From NCBI RefSeq assembly GCF_003918875.1, contig NW_025766988.1, positions 124,001 to 188,000 of the forward strand: DNA of 64,000 bases, in the 5' to 3' direction. Of the stretch, positions 1 to 12,499 are shown piece by piece. Numbering within the stretch: the first letter of the stretch is position 1; each line of letters starts with the position of its first letter. The stretch comes from Haliotis rubra (lineage: Eukaryota). The position numbers and the translations under genes are program-made. A model generated the notes under the pieces. It was not told where the DNA came from. It saw only the letters and a program-made list of their open reading frames with translations, and did no database searches.

Positions 1-189
1 TTTATTGACCTGTTTACACAAGAGTAGCAATGTTGTTGTGCATATATGAAACGAAACACAAGATTACTGATAGTTCATTAATTTCCTTTCAGTACTTTCA
101 ATGTACACTTAAGGTTTTCCAGTACTCATATATTGAACAAGTTAGAGAGCACATTACTCTCTGATGTTGAAAAATTATCTGGAGCTCTG

Positions 190-447
190 TGTAATGACAA
201 CATACCTTGCATGACAACATACCTGGCAGGTGTAATGACAACATTTCCTGCAGGTATAATGACAACATACCTTGCAGGTGTAATGACAACATACCTTGCA
301 GGTATAATGACAACATATCCTGCAGGTGTAATGACAACATTTCCTGCAGATATAATGACAACATATCCAGCAGGTGTAATGACAACATACCTTGCAGGTA
401 TAACAGCAATATATCCTGCATGTGTAATGACAACATACCTTACAGGT
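190..447. repeat. 24-bp minisatellite containing copies of the METTL3 exon end and splice donor
   Basis: Unit ~ACATACCTTGCAGGTGTAATGACA, about 10 copies. Explains the overlapping ORFs at 98-615. Confidence 0.9.
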
Positions 448-494
448 ATCCATATGGAAGCAGGTGTTGAGGAAGGAACAGTCTCCCAGAGATT
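439..494 (-). CDS. METTL3: METTL3 exon encoding most of CCCH zinc finger 2; gene continues beyond the window start
   Basis: ESLGDCSFLNTCFHMDTCK, the highly conserved METTL3 motif. Acceptor ttgtag, donor AAG|GTATGT. Confidence 0.95.
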
Positions 495-1319
495 CTACAA
501 CACAGAAAACATCAATCATTTACACAGGGCTCCAGATAATTTTTCAACATCAGGAGTACATCACATATGCACCACAACATTGCTAGTCTTGTGTAAACAG
601 GTCAATAAACAATAAAACGATACTTTTTCAGATAAATACGTCTGTAAATGATTCTAAGACCATACACCATTGCTGTGGTGCATATCTGCTACGTTTTCTA
701 AATTATTTCCTACCGTAACGTGCATATGTTTTATCCGTACATACGCGTCGATACGACCTTTATCTGGAGCCCTGTTAGCACATCCTCCACACAGATTCTT
801 TTTTGTTACTACTTTAAAATATCACTCACAGTAGCCTGATATCTTGTGTGGCATTAGTTCACAGTGAAGTATTTCTCCTTGTTTTAGATCTACTGAATGT
901 CAAACACAGAAGAAAAGTACAAAGAGATATCTGTAGCTTTATTATTCAGTGTAATGTAATATACACATTGATTACTCAGTCTAAATGTGTAAGAAGAAGG
1001 GTGAGGTAAACTGGGGTTAAGCCTTACATTCCTGATTATTATATTACATAGGAACGTGTACACATGGGAGCATGTCGTTTCCTGACCATGCTAATCACAC
1101 TTTAACCACTAGGCTACCCCATTGTCCCTGTCGGTGAAGAAACAAGCATGGACATGGTGCTGACAAATGAAGGACTATAATCTGTGTGAATCTGGGATCT
1201 AAAGACAGCTGATTCTGGCATGACATAAGGGAGGTAACTCTGTACATACTTTGCAATATGAATTGAATGAGGTGACTCTCCATCTGTGGAGATGGCCCCT
1301 GTATTGCCAGGCTACTCAC

Positions 1320-1439
1320 CATCGGTGTGTTTGTGTATGATCTTGCGAAAGTGCAGCTTTTTGCAAGGTGTTGGGTTCTGGCCGACCTTTACACACTCCT
1401 CTCGCGTTCCGTACTGGCAGAACTCTTGTAACTGGACCC
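1320..1439 (-). CDS. METTL3: METTL3 exon encoding CCCH zinc finger 1
   Basis: VQLQEFCQYGTREECVKVGQNPTPCKKLHFRKIIQTHTD; donor G|GTGAGT. Confidence 0.93.
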
Positions 1440-1749
1440 CTGCAATGTTTCATATGAGTAGACCGTAACAACAACAACAACAACATGTTTCAACTAGGCA
1501 GCTCACGTCGCCCGCATCATCACGACCATACAATTCACATGTTGGCATGCTATCAATAATTCCTGTACAGATGAAGGAGCGTTGACCTAAGGATTTCAAC
1601 TTCTTTATTCTTTCAGTGTGCTTGCAACTTTATCATGCATGTAGGTTGTACCTTTAAAACTTGCTTGATGCAGGTACAAGCACCTATACTGAAATGTTAC
1701 ACTGACTGAATAAAGGACCTGTTGCCATTGATACTACAGACTCAAAACT

Positions 1750-3300
1750 GCTAATTAACACTATACTGACACTTAGCACTAAACTGACACTTAACACTAA
1801 ACTGATGATTAACATTACACTTAACACTGCCACTTAACACTATACTGCCACTTAACACTAAACTGACACTTAACACTAAACTGGCACTTAACACTATACT
1901 GACACTTAACACTAAACTGCCACTAACACCATACTTACACTTAACACTAAACTGACACTTAACACTCAACTGACACATAACACTAAACTGACACTTAACA
2001 CTAAACTGACACTAACACCATACTGACACTTAACACTAAACTGACACTTAACACTATACTGACACTTAACACTATACTGACACTTAACACTAAACTGACA
2101 CTCAACACTAAACTGATGATTAACACTATACTGCCACTTGACACAAATTGCCAATTAACACTAAATGAGCACTTAATACTAAACTGCCACTCACACTATA
2201 CTGACACTTAACACTACACTGCCACTTAAAACTAAGCTGGCACTTAATACTAAACTCACACTTAACACTAAACTGACACTTAACACTATACTGCCACTAA
2301 ACACTAAACTGACACTTAACACTACAGATACTCAACACTATACTGCCACTTAACACTACACTGCCATTTAACACTAAACTGCCACTTAACACTTTACTGA
2401 CACTTAACACTAAACTGACACTTAACACTATACTGACACATAACACTAAACTGACACTAACATTATACTGATTAACACTATACTGACACTTAACACTACT
2501 ACTGCCACTTAACACTACTGCCACTTAAAACTAAACTGATGACTTAACAATATATTGACACGTAACACTAAACTGACACTAACATTATACTGACACTTAA
2601 CACTAAACTGACACTTAACACTATACTGACACTTAACACTAAACTGCCACTTAAAACTAGACTGATGATTAACACTATACTGACACTTAACACTAAACTG
2701 ATGATTAACACTACACTGACACTTAACACTATACTGACACTTAACACTATACTGACACTTGACACTAACTGTCACTTAACACTAAACTGGCACTTAACAC
2801 TATACTGACACTTAGGTGAGGTGAGGTGAAATTGGGCTTAACGTCGTGCTTGAGAATATTTTGCTCATATGACAACGTGCATGTGTGTGTATGTGTATGT
2901 GCAGCTGCTTGTACTAGCCCAGACTGAAGCTGGTTTTATAGTGCTAGCTCACTGAGATACCATGGCGCAGTGAAGCATGAATACCCCACTCAGACACATT
3001 ATACTGACTCCGAGCCGACCAGTCCTTGTTGTACTCATCAATGCCAAGCGCCAGGCAGGGACCAACAAGTACCATATTTTAACGTCTTTTGGTATGACAC
3101 GGTCGGGGATCGAACCCGCGACCTTCTGCTCTCCGGGCGGATGCTCTAACCACTACACCATGGAGGCGGTCTACTGACACTTAACACTAAACTGGCACTT
3201 AATACTCAACTGACACTTAACACTATACTGACACTAAACTGGCACTTAACACTAAGCTGACACTTAACACCAAACTGACATTTAACAATCCACACTAAAC
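1750..3300. repeat. 18-bp minisatellite (TAACACTAAACTGACACT) interrupted by a SINE
   Basis: Direct tandem periodicity visible. Confidence 0.95.
2815..3171 (-). mobile_element. tRNA-headed SINE, family C (Meta/MESC-core-like), (CACCT)n tail
   Basis: A box GTGGTGTAGTGG, B box GGTTCGATCC, core GTCAGTATAATGTGTCTGAGTGGG, flanking repeat TACTGACACTTA. Second copy at 47006. Confidence 0.85.
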
Positions 3301-3659
3301 TTCCCCTTAAAACTTAACAGCTGCTTACAGATACTGGTACTCTTTTAGAGGAAGTGAGCTTTTATTTCTTGGTCTACAGATTATATTTTGCTTAATATCG
3401 CAAAAATGACGGTTTAGTTCCCTTACTGTTTCATTTGTTAAATGTAAGACCATAATACTGAAATAAAAATCAGCAAATACTGTGAACATGTTTGAACGGT
3501 CAATTTTTGCTATGGCATCCACATTACGATAGACAAAAACAAATTTAGGCAACATTCCTGTCACTAGTACCACTATCCAGCCTTCAACAGACATTCCAGT
3601 TCATCAGTCATGACCCACTGTTAAATTTAAAACCCAACTGTATCCATGAAAACCATTAC

Positions 3660-3696
3660 CTCCACGAGACCGGAACTTGTCCACCATGTATTGTTC
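3660..3696 (-). CDS. METTL3: METTL3 37-nt exon
   Basis: ttcattacag|GAACAATACATGGTGGACAAGTTCCGGTCTCGTGGAG|gtaatg = EQYMVDKFRSRG. Phase 0 to 1 correctly bridges the neighbouring exons. Confidence 0.9.
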
Positions 3697-5557
3697 CTGT
3701 AATGAAATAGAAGATTCTCAATGCATGGTTCATACATAACTTTAACGAGTGAGAGAGTTTTGTAAAATGCCACATTTACTATTATTTCAGTAGTATCTTG
3801 GTGTGTGAGCACAATGTGGGAAGAAAACCGGAAGTGCAGCAGGTCTAGGAGAATATGATAACCAAGAACAAATTATGTATTTTTATACTAAAGGATTTGA
3901 CCTAAAATCAATTTTGTTTGGAAACCAAAGCTGTTCCTCGATAGTAAACAAAGAACTTTTAATTTCAGTGCACTCGTTTATAAATTTAACAGGCTGATTA
4001 GATCCAAAATAATTTCTTCATATCACATATACTGTTTAACAATGATTGGCGTTATTTCTCGTTTTTGCATTTATATGTCAATAATTTCGTGCTTTCAAGT
4101 TTACACAGATTCCCGAACGTTGGTTGGTTGAGAGAGCGATCATGTGATCTAAATTTCAAGGTTCATTACTCTTGAACCCCTCTAATCGTTCATACTTGTG
4201 TAAACACAAATTATGTATTGCGTTTTCGCTTCGGTTTCAAGGACCCCCAATAATTGGTGATACCAATTTTTGCGAACGAACCTGTTTCAAGTCACCCCAA
4301 GTTTGGCAATGTCACTACCAAACGGATTGAAACATTGTTCCTTTTCACAGGAGTTTAATGTGGGAAGTTTTGCGGGTTCATCCGGAATATGTTTTTCTGC
4401 CCCGAGGTCTGTTTAACAACTGCTCAATAAATTTCACAATAAACAATCACAAATAACCAAGAATACAACAAGATCTGTTTCCTATTGTTATACGAAGTCG
4501 GTCAGTGTATTATTAATTACGAAGTCAAACAAGGTATTTACTAGTGAAAAGGTACAATGCCAGTTTGTTAAAATGGTATTGTTATTGCTTCTGATATTTG
4601 TTTCTGTTTGATAATGTTATTGATTATACTTATTAAAGCAGTTTCAAACCTCATAAGAATTTGTTGTTATATTTTAAAGATCGAATACTTTGAGAACTAT
4701 TTCTTCAAGGGTTGGGATACATGTGTAAAAGAAAAATCGGAAGTGTATACAAACATCGCTGCAATAACCATGAAACGTTCTTGAACCGAATGGCATTACA
4801 ACATTTTACAGGTATTAAAACACACTAAACAATGATCATACTAAAGGATTGGGTGGAAAACTTATGTGTATACTTCAAATTGCGAAATTAGTAAACAAAG
4901 AATGTCAGTTAATTTGTTTGCACTCGTTTATAAATTGAACGATGTCTGATTTGATTCAAAATAATTTCTTCATATCGTTCAATACTGTTTGAACACCGCT
5001 TTGACATCGTTCATTTTTCAGTGCAAACACACGTTTTGCATTTATATGTCATTCACATTGTACATTCATCATGACATGTTTACTCTTCCTTCCATTGTAA
5101 CCCGGAGCGGTATTCACATAAGCTTATGCTTGTTTACCAATCTGGTTCCTTTCTTTGGAAATAAATATGTTTAAATCAACCAAGAAACAAAAACAGAACA
5201 CACTGATACTATTTCACTCAGTTTAATTTTAAGGATTTACCTCATTTCCATTTCAAACATGTATTTTCACTCTCATCATGACCAATAACATGACCATTAT
5301 CTTTATGTTTATGAACAAACTTGTACCCCTCAAAGAACTATCCACTGTCATGACAACAGCATGTCATGTTTCAGGTTATGGTTGCTACCTATCCAACAAA
5401 CCAAGTGAATTCTGATGAGGTAGCTATTATCCACTACCGACATATGAAAGATCATATGTGCTCAAAACATGTTTCTAATACTCATAAATGTAAAACATTA
5501 TCTATCAGTGAAATTATTATAACTACAGCAACAGTAACTATTCCAGGATTCCTGTAC

Positions 5558-5647
5558 CTTGGCTGTGGGTTTGCTCAGCAGCTGTAGAATCTCCTCGTTC
5601 ACCTTCTTCTCTTCCCTCTCCTTAGCAGACTGCATAGACAACAGGCT
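5558..5647 (-). CDS. METTL3: METTL3 internal exon
   Basis: SLLSMQSAKEREEKKVNEEILQLLSKPTAK (cf. SLLNQQSTKEQQSKKVSQEILELLNTTTAK). AG/GT bounded, phase 0/0. Confidence 0.9.
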
Positions 5648-5672
5648 CTGCAACATAAACACCAACACTTAA

Positions 5673-5842
5673 CTGACTGACTGACTGAGTTTGGTTTTAT
5701 GCCGCTTTTAGCAATATTCCAGCAATATCATGGCGGGGGACACCAGAAATGGGCTTCACTCATTGTACCCATGTGGGGATTCGAACCCGGGTCTTCGGCG
5801 CGACGAGCCAACGCTTTAACCACTAGACTACCCCACGCCCCC
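5673..5842 (-). mobile_element. tRNA-derived SINE, family A (~165 bp)
   Basis: Head GGGGTAGYCTAGTGGTTAAAGCG...GGTTCGA, tail GCTGGAATATTGCTAAAAGCGGC plus a simple repeat. About 20 copies in the window. Confidence 0.9.
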
Positions 5843-6567
5843 AACACTTAACACACAGACATGGTTACAGCAGGTGAGAGAGTGAGCGTGGTTTAATGTT
5901 GGAATATATTCCACCAATATCATGGCAGTCTATGAATAATTATGTTTGTGACAGGTTAACCAGAGGTTGACAGCATAATCCCAGTGTCACACAATAGACA
6001 GCACACACACAACCAACAGCGGATACGAGAGATCGACTTCCCATTTCGACTGAGGAACAACTGTGTCGTCTTCACTGAAATAATATACAGACCCAAGTTA
6101 TAAGAGTCTCAGGAATATATACAGGGTAAGTTTGATGTTCCTCACAACATCTACAAGAGTGACATGCATGATACAATTTACACTTTTTGTCATAAATATA
6201 TTGCAGATTGTTCCATTTTATAACATATCAAAGCTATTGGCATATCAATAAATAATTCAAGATTTCATATGCTTGAAGCCACATGGGAGACATCGTTAAC
6301 TTCACTTATTCTGACAAATCTTTTTTTGTGCAAATACTATCATTTATTGTTAGCAACATTTTCATTTATCCTACCTCACAATCATAAATGTTGTTTCTAT
6401 GATTGGATGAACCAATCAATGTACCCGTGTTAGTAGTGTTTTGGAGCGTAGTAACATTTTCTCAAAAATGTTACCCGCTGGGAATGCCGAACTGTGGGAA
6501 TTCATTTGGTACATTGTGTTAGTAGACATAAACAAACATAAAAGGTACATCAACCTATATCCCCTCA

Positions 6568-6732
6568 TGAGTGAGTAGTTTAGTTTCACGCCCGCTTTTA
6601 GCAATATTCCAGCAATATCACGGCGGGGGACACCAGAAATGGGCCTAACACGTTGTACCCATTTGAGAAATCGCACCCGGGTTTTCGGCGTGACGAGCAA
6701 ACACTTTATCCACTTGGCTACCCCACCGCCCC
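6568..6732 (-). mobile_element. SINE family A
   Basis: Full-length match to the family consensus. Confidence 0.9.
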
Positions 6733-6785
6733 TGCCCCCCTTGTGACCAGTGAACAACTTATAATATGAACACAAAGAGTCCCAC

Positions 6786-6841
6786 CTGTCTCTCTTCCGT
6801 TTCTTCGTCTTTCCATCCTGACCCTCTGAAAATGCAGACAA
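6786..6841 (-). CDS. METTL3: probable METTL3 exon 4
   Basis: Acceptor ccttttcag, donor CAG|GTGGG. Reads LSAFSEGQDGKTKKRKRD. Assignment rests on position and splice sites. Confidence 0.55.
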
Positions 6842-7206
6842 CTGAAAAGGAAGTAGATTAGCATCAGTGTCTTCTCAGAATGTTCAACAAATTTTCATTC
6901 CATTGCCTTTCAGGTGAATATATGCAATCATAACCTAAACTCTTGATGTAAGCCCAAGGCTAGCACGGCGAGTGGACTGTCAAACCTACTACACCTTCAC
7001 GTGCAGTACTCATAATACTAGAAAGTTGGGTAGATATATTCTGACCCTGACATGGCATATGACAAGAAATTCTTGGCTGGATTTCTTTATCTAAACTAAA
7101 ACATTATTCATGATTCAACACAAGCGCAGTTACCTATCTTGGTTCCCTATCTACAAGGCATTCAGAGACAGAGAGATGGAACATGTAAGCCCCTGTTAGA
7201 CTATAG

Positions 7207-7362
7207 TGAGTGAGTGAGTGAGTGAGTTTGGTTTTTGGCTTTTAGCAATATTCCAGCAATACGGAGGGACACCAGAAATGAGCTTCACACAATGTACCCA
7301 TGTGGGGAGAACCCGGTCTTGATGGCGCGGACAGCTTTAACCACTAGGCTACCCCCATCGCC
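7207..7362 (-). mobile_element. SINE family A with target-site duplication
   Basis: Flanked by CCCTGTTAGACTATAG on both sides. Confidence 0.88.
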
Positions 7363-7638
7363 CTGTTAGACTATAGAGTAAGGTCATAAGGCTGCATATG
7401 CTTTGTGGATAGAGACCTTGATTATTTGTCACAAGTCATTCAACAACCTAAACTACACAACTCTGAAGTCAATGTTACCTCTTGTTCATCAGGACAAGCA
7501 AGCATGGAAAAGTGTTTTTACGTTGAGCCTGTTTGGACTAATGAACTTCATGTGTCATTGTTTTACACTGCATTGTAAAGAAAGACAGAGGATGAATACA
7601 CAGAGAGCATACACTATGATACAGAGACTGCTACCCAC

Positions 7639-7704
7639 CTTTGCCAGATCCAGCGAGTTGATCTTTAGTGGTTGACAACTAGATTTTGATCTTTAGTGGA
7701 AATT
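7639..7704 (-). CDS. METTL3: probable METTL3 exon 3 (disrupted as assembled)
   Basis: Acceptor tttttgtttcag, donor AAG|GTGGGT. Reads ISTKDQNLVV then, in another frame, KINSLDLAK; in-frame TAA at 7665-7667. Confidence 0.55.
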
Positions 7705-8016
7705 CTGAAACAAAAATATAGTTGATATGATAATTATGTGTAATTGCTTGTACATGATGAAACAAAATTGATTAAATGAATTGTTTTCCGATTTTTCAGT
7801 TCAATCTCATGGTCTGAAAACTTTTATCATGATCATGTTAGTTATAACGCTGATCAATAAACATGATGACTATGTTTTTGCCAACATATTCATATTGGAA
7901 CCAGCAATGATGTATACAACCATGGTAACCAGTGGTGCCTTAATGGTAGCCATACAAACTGACCACACACTACTTAACTACCAACACCATTATGATTATT
8001 AAAATTTACATGATTA

Positions 8017-8230
8017 GTGAGTGTGTTTAGTTTTCGCCGCACTCAGCAATATTCCAGCTATATGGCGGCTGTCTGTAAATAATTGAATCTGGACCAGACA
8101 ATCCAGTGATCAACAGCATGAGCATCTGTCAACCAAGTCAGTGCAAGCCTGACCACCCGATCCTGTTAGTCGCCTCTTACAACAAACATGGGTTACTGAA
8201 GATCAATTCTAACCCGGATCTTCATGGGTC
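8017..8230 (-). mobile_element. SINE-like family B (~235 bp; TTGTCGTAAGAGGCGACTAA motif; tail shared with family A)
   Basis: Matches about 15 other copies in the window. Confidence 0.85.
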
Positions 8231-8517
8231 TCAAGATTAGTAACATAATATATGAACATTGACGGATTGAGTGACAAAGACAACAATCAAATCAGTTTTG
8301 ACTCTGGCTATCAAAGGAAAGCATCTCTGTGGTTACTATCTAACAATTTTACATAAACTAGTCCAGAGTATCTTCTGATTCATTTTTTTCTGTCTTTACA
8401 TGATAAAATGTTTCCATGGTTTGCTATTGGACTTACTAGACCAAGAGAAGTTTTCCTGGAATCAGGCTTTAAACACTTGGCTTAAGTCGCAGACTGAAAC
8501 TAACATCTCCCACTCAC

Positions 8518-8823
8518 TTGATCATCTGTTGAGCAGCAAATTTCTGTAACAATTCCTCAATGCAAGACAGCTGTGTCTCTCTCTTCCCAACATCTTGGTT
8601 GTGAGATCTGTTATCATGCGTGAATCAGAGGGGATCTCGAGGTTGAAGTCACATAAGACCAGCAGCAGGTTCCGTTCCACATCAGGGTCAACAGAGTCTG
8701 GCTTCTTGGCAGCTGCTTCAGCTGCTGTTTGTGAGGGTGGAGACGGACTGACACTCCTGGTTGTTGATGGAGTTTGAGAGGTACTGGCAGTCGCACTCAC
8801 CTGGGACGAGCTTGATGAAGACT
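8518..8823 (-). CDS. METTL3: METTL3 coding exon 2 (apparent 2-nt frameshift)
   Basis: Acceptor tttcag. Reads DPDVERNLLLVLCDFNLEIPSD, then in a shifted frame CIEELLQKFAAQQMI (cf. LLQKFAAQELI). Donor AA|GTGAGT. Confidence 0.85.
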
Positions 8824-8957
8824 CTGAAACCATTCATTATGACAAGTTGTCATGGATCCTTTAGTTTGTAGTAGGGCTAGCTAAAAGATTGATAATCAAA
8901 AATATCGTCAATGGGAAGAATTATCAATGATTATCGACATGAAAATGGAGTCATCAA

Positions 8958-9213
8958 TAGGGCTGGGACGATTCACCGATACATCACCATACATTAAAGT
9001 TTGATACAGAGAAAAATACGCAAGTATGATAGAGTTAATTGTTTGCTTATCACAATAGTGTTATTGTTATACACAAATACCTTGAAACAAATAATTTGGC
9101 ATCTTTATACTGTGTCATTCTTTCGAGGTGTATGTATCGTAATACGTATCGTATCGCAGGTAAAATATTGCGATATGTATTGTATCGTGACATAGTGTAT
9201 CGTCCCAGTCCTA
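8958..9213. mobile_element. MITE with terminal inverted repeats (TIRs)
   Basis: TAGGGCTGGGACGAT ... ATCGTCCCAGTCCTA. Confidence 0.7.
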
Positions 9214-9987
9214 TTCATCAATATTATCATCATAAAAACTATTGTTATGAAACATAGTTTATATTTACACACACAATACACAAAGCTACGTCTTTATTTA
9301 TAAACTGCATCTAGATTATGTAATATATGTTCATGAAGTTGTTTTGTTTGTAATCCATGTATGAAAATGTCACCACTTGCCAGTGATGATTTCTTTCAAA
9401 CATTTTTCTTTTTTGCTCAATGTTACTTCTCCGAAAATTATCGATAATCGATCTAAATTTAGTAAATCATGGTTTAATAAATGGTTATCGATCTCTATTA
9501 TCTATATCAAGAAACATTCCTAGTTTGTAGGGTAACTTTTGGTTATTTTGTCCCTTGATATTTTGTTGTTATCATGGAGTCATTCAGGCTATGAATCTAG
9601 TATGATGAGCACTAAAATACAAGATGTACCCTGGAAGTAAACATATTTAAGTTAACTGTGCTAGTAAGATTGCAGTTTGCTATACCACGACAATTGGGGG
9701 TGTCCACAGAAAATGTGCATACATCAATAATCATGGTACTGAACATTATCGATGATGTCCATCGAATTCATAAACTTAACCATATTCAGTGACCATGCTG
9801 ATTTCAGTAATCATGGTAATATTATCTTGTTCCATCGGCATACTTCTGTCATACCAAGATCAGGACCTCAAGATTAGTAGAATAATTTTATAACTTGACA
9901 AAGTTACTCAGCCCATGTACCTGAGGATCACAGTGAGCCACTAATCAAACTTCCCATCATGATGTTATTTACACAGTGAGGCCATAC

Positions 9988-10150
9988 CTGCGGGTGTTGT
10001 TACGGTGCTAGCTGCTGAGGCACTTGTTGATGCAGGTGACTTCAATTCAGCAACCAAACCTTCTCGTTCTCTCTTCCTCTGCTGAAGCTTCGCTCGGAGA
10101 GAGTTATGTCGGCTTTTCACAGCCTGGATATCATCCCAAGTATCTGACAT
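9988..10150 (-). CDS. METTL3: METTL3 coding exon 1 (N-terminal leader helix and NLS)
   Basis: Translates MSDTWDDIQAVKSRHNSLRAKLQQRKRERE, matching the METTL3 N-terminus (MSDTWSSIQAHKKQLDSLRERLQRRRK as recalled). Donor CAG|GTATG, phase 1. Confidence 0.92.
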
Positions 10151-10219
10151 GATGATATATTCTAATGTCTGCTGATATAAACAAAGGTTTCCCACCGTAA
10201 TGTTAACATGTATGGACGT

Positions 10220-10330
10220 TCATGTTATTGTCTCCACAAAATCCGCCATTTCCAAATGAGTAGTTATTTTCTTACCAATTATTTCAGTCAGAAACACCCA
10301 CAGCACGAACAGTCTGCAATTATTTTCCTA
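10220..10330 (-). promoter_or_regulatory. probable METTL3 5' leader with a YY1-type AAATGGCGG motif, whose ATG opens a 9-codon uORF
   Basis: GGAAATGGCGGATTT about 100 bp upstream of the METTL3 ATG; uORF MADFVETIT* at 10249-10220. Confidence 0.4.
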
Positions 10331-10959
10331 AGGTGTTAACAAAACAAAATAACTAATAATCCCAGTTCTTTAAATAGATTAAACTATAGATAGGTGAACT
10401 ATGCATTAGAAAAAAATATTTTGAAAAATGATTACTCCATGCTTAGACTGGGTTCCGTATACTAATATCTTAAGACGCACAGTTATTTGCGCGCACAATT
10501 AATAGATCCAGTTATGTCTGTCAATGGGAGATAACTCTTGTTGACAAAAAGAGACCACCCGTCATAAATGAAGTGTCGTACAAATTCTCGGTATTCATTG
10601 CCGGATGACAAAAATATCAAACCTCCATCGGACTTGAGATAGTTCACATTTGTGCAGTCTCACTGCCCTTTGAGAAGCTAAAGTGCGTTTTACAGCATTA
10701 TACTAATCCACACGTTATAAAGTCATCAAAAGATTCAGGCTGTATTTTCTCTGAGAACTTATCAAAGGCAAAGATAGTTCATATGAATAAACTCGTATAG
10801 TGCAAAGTCGTCTAGTTATATGCTGGACTAAGGCAAAGACAGCATTCAACTAAAACCCGTTATTGATTTTATTTAATGCTTTAGCTGGAAAAGTACTGCC
10901 AAATATGCCTAGATTTCGGTAGTGAGGAGAAGAAGTAAAAAACAATGTTTTCCATTAAG

Positions 10960-11560
10960 ATTCATTTGTGATAAGAGAACCCGTCTTTTACAACTGTTAC
11001 AATTTTATGATATCACCATTGGTGAAGAAATTCTCTTATATTCTAAATGGTTTGATAGAGGTCTCACCTAAGTACGTGACTTTATAAATCCTGAAGGAAA
11101 CTACCTATCATTTGAGCAATTCCAATACACTTTTGCACTTGATGTCAACTTCCTTCATTATTAACGGTTAATCTAGGCTATAAAGAAATACCAAGTTAAG
11201 AGTGAAAATAAGTAAACCAACATCTTACAACATGCCCAACTGGATGATAATCTTGTTGTCAGGAAACTGCTGTCAATTAAGAAAAGTGCAAAGTGTTATT
11301 ATTTTATCTTGAATGCATGTGATACCTTAAATGTAAATATAAATGGGAGCAACGTGTTCTCTCTGAATTAGACTGGGACAAAATATTTTTAAAACCACTT
11401 AAGACTACTTCAGATACCAAGCTGAGATGTTTTCAGTTACGAATTATTCACAGTAACTCATTTTTATTTTAAAATAACTTAACTGACAGTAATTTATGTT
11501 CTTTTGTCAATGTTGGGTTGAAACAATAACTTCCAAACATTTTAGCATACTTTGTGAAAA
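10960..11560 (+). mobile_element. decayed LINE ORF2 3' fragment (L1/Tx1-like, zf-RVT region)
   Basis: Broken frames read YSKWFDRGLT*VRDFINPEGNYLSFEQFQYTFALDVNFLHY and TSDTKLRCFQLRIIHSNSFL...LTDSNLCSF. Confidence 0.75.
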
Positions 11561-12499
11561 CAAGTTCAATGCTTCTGGTTCTTAAACACTTTTCAGCATA
11601 CTGTTATGAAAAGTTTAGTGCATATCCCTAATTTGAAGTTAAATGTCAGTGTAAACGGTTTTTTAAACATCAGAGTCCATAACATCATAGCTTTAATATG
11701 AACCTCAGTATCAGAATTAATAGGTATAACAATTGCGTTTTCAACTCTGGTATAATCGTGCTTGTTTCTTTTCAAGATGACTATTTTCCTTATATGATTT
11801 GGGCAAACTCTGAAGATCCTTGGTACAGATATATTTTCTTCACACTGTCGGTTTCACACTGCACACACACGCGCGCGAACGCACGCACGCAAACACACAC
11901 ATATTTAATCAAGAACATCATGGCGAGAGGATGTACGCGTGTGCGTGTGCGTGTGCGTGTGCGGGACAGTTTGTACCAGTCCGGACTAATACCCATTTAC
12001 AATATATTTCTAACCCATGGAGTGTACATGCGGCACGCTGACACAGACAAAGTACAGGGAGCTTGTTTTATCCCCACAGTTGTGAGCACCAGGCAGGGTA
12101 ACAACATACACCATCTTTTAAATGGGCACTGATCCAAATCTATTCTTGTCCATCCTACATCCTACTGGCCTTCCGCTATTCAAGGTGGGGCACTAACCAT
12201 TAGACCAAACTGGTTGAACACCTGAATGGATTATTTAAATAATTGAATGTTATTACTAATCCTTTGCTCAAAACACTTACTACGATGCTCAATCTGGTTG
12301 AATCTCCAATATAAGAAAGGCGAAAGATTATTGTTTACTCTCCTGGGGCGGTGGGGTAGCCTAGTGGTTATATGCTCTTACTCCCCTTTTCCTCACAACG
12401 ATTTGGGCGGATTTCTGTCATGTTGAATCCACGGTCTCAGGAAAGTGAATTTGATTTATATTCATCGGTTGACGTGATGGCATGAATGTTAATAATATA

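Noticed and set aside
3860-5060. Diverged direct repeat (~3885-4085 vs ~4840-5050) in a METTL3 intron
   Set aside because: AT-rich old duplication or transposon remnant with no coding or structural signal.
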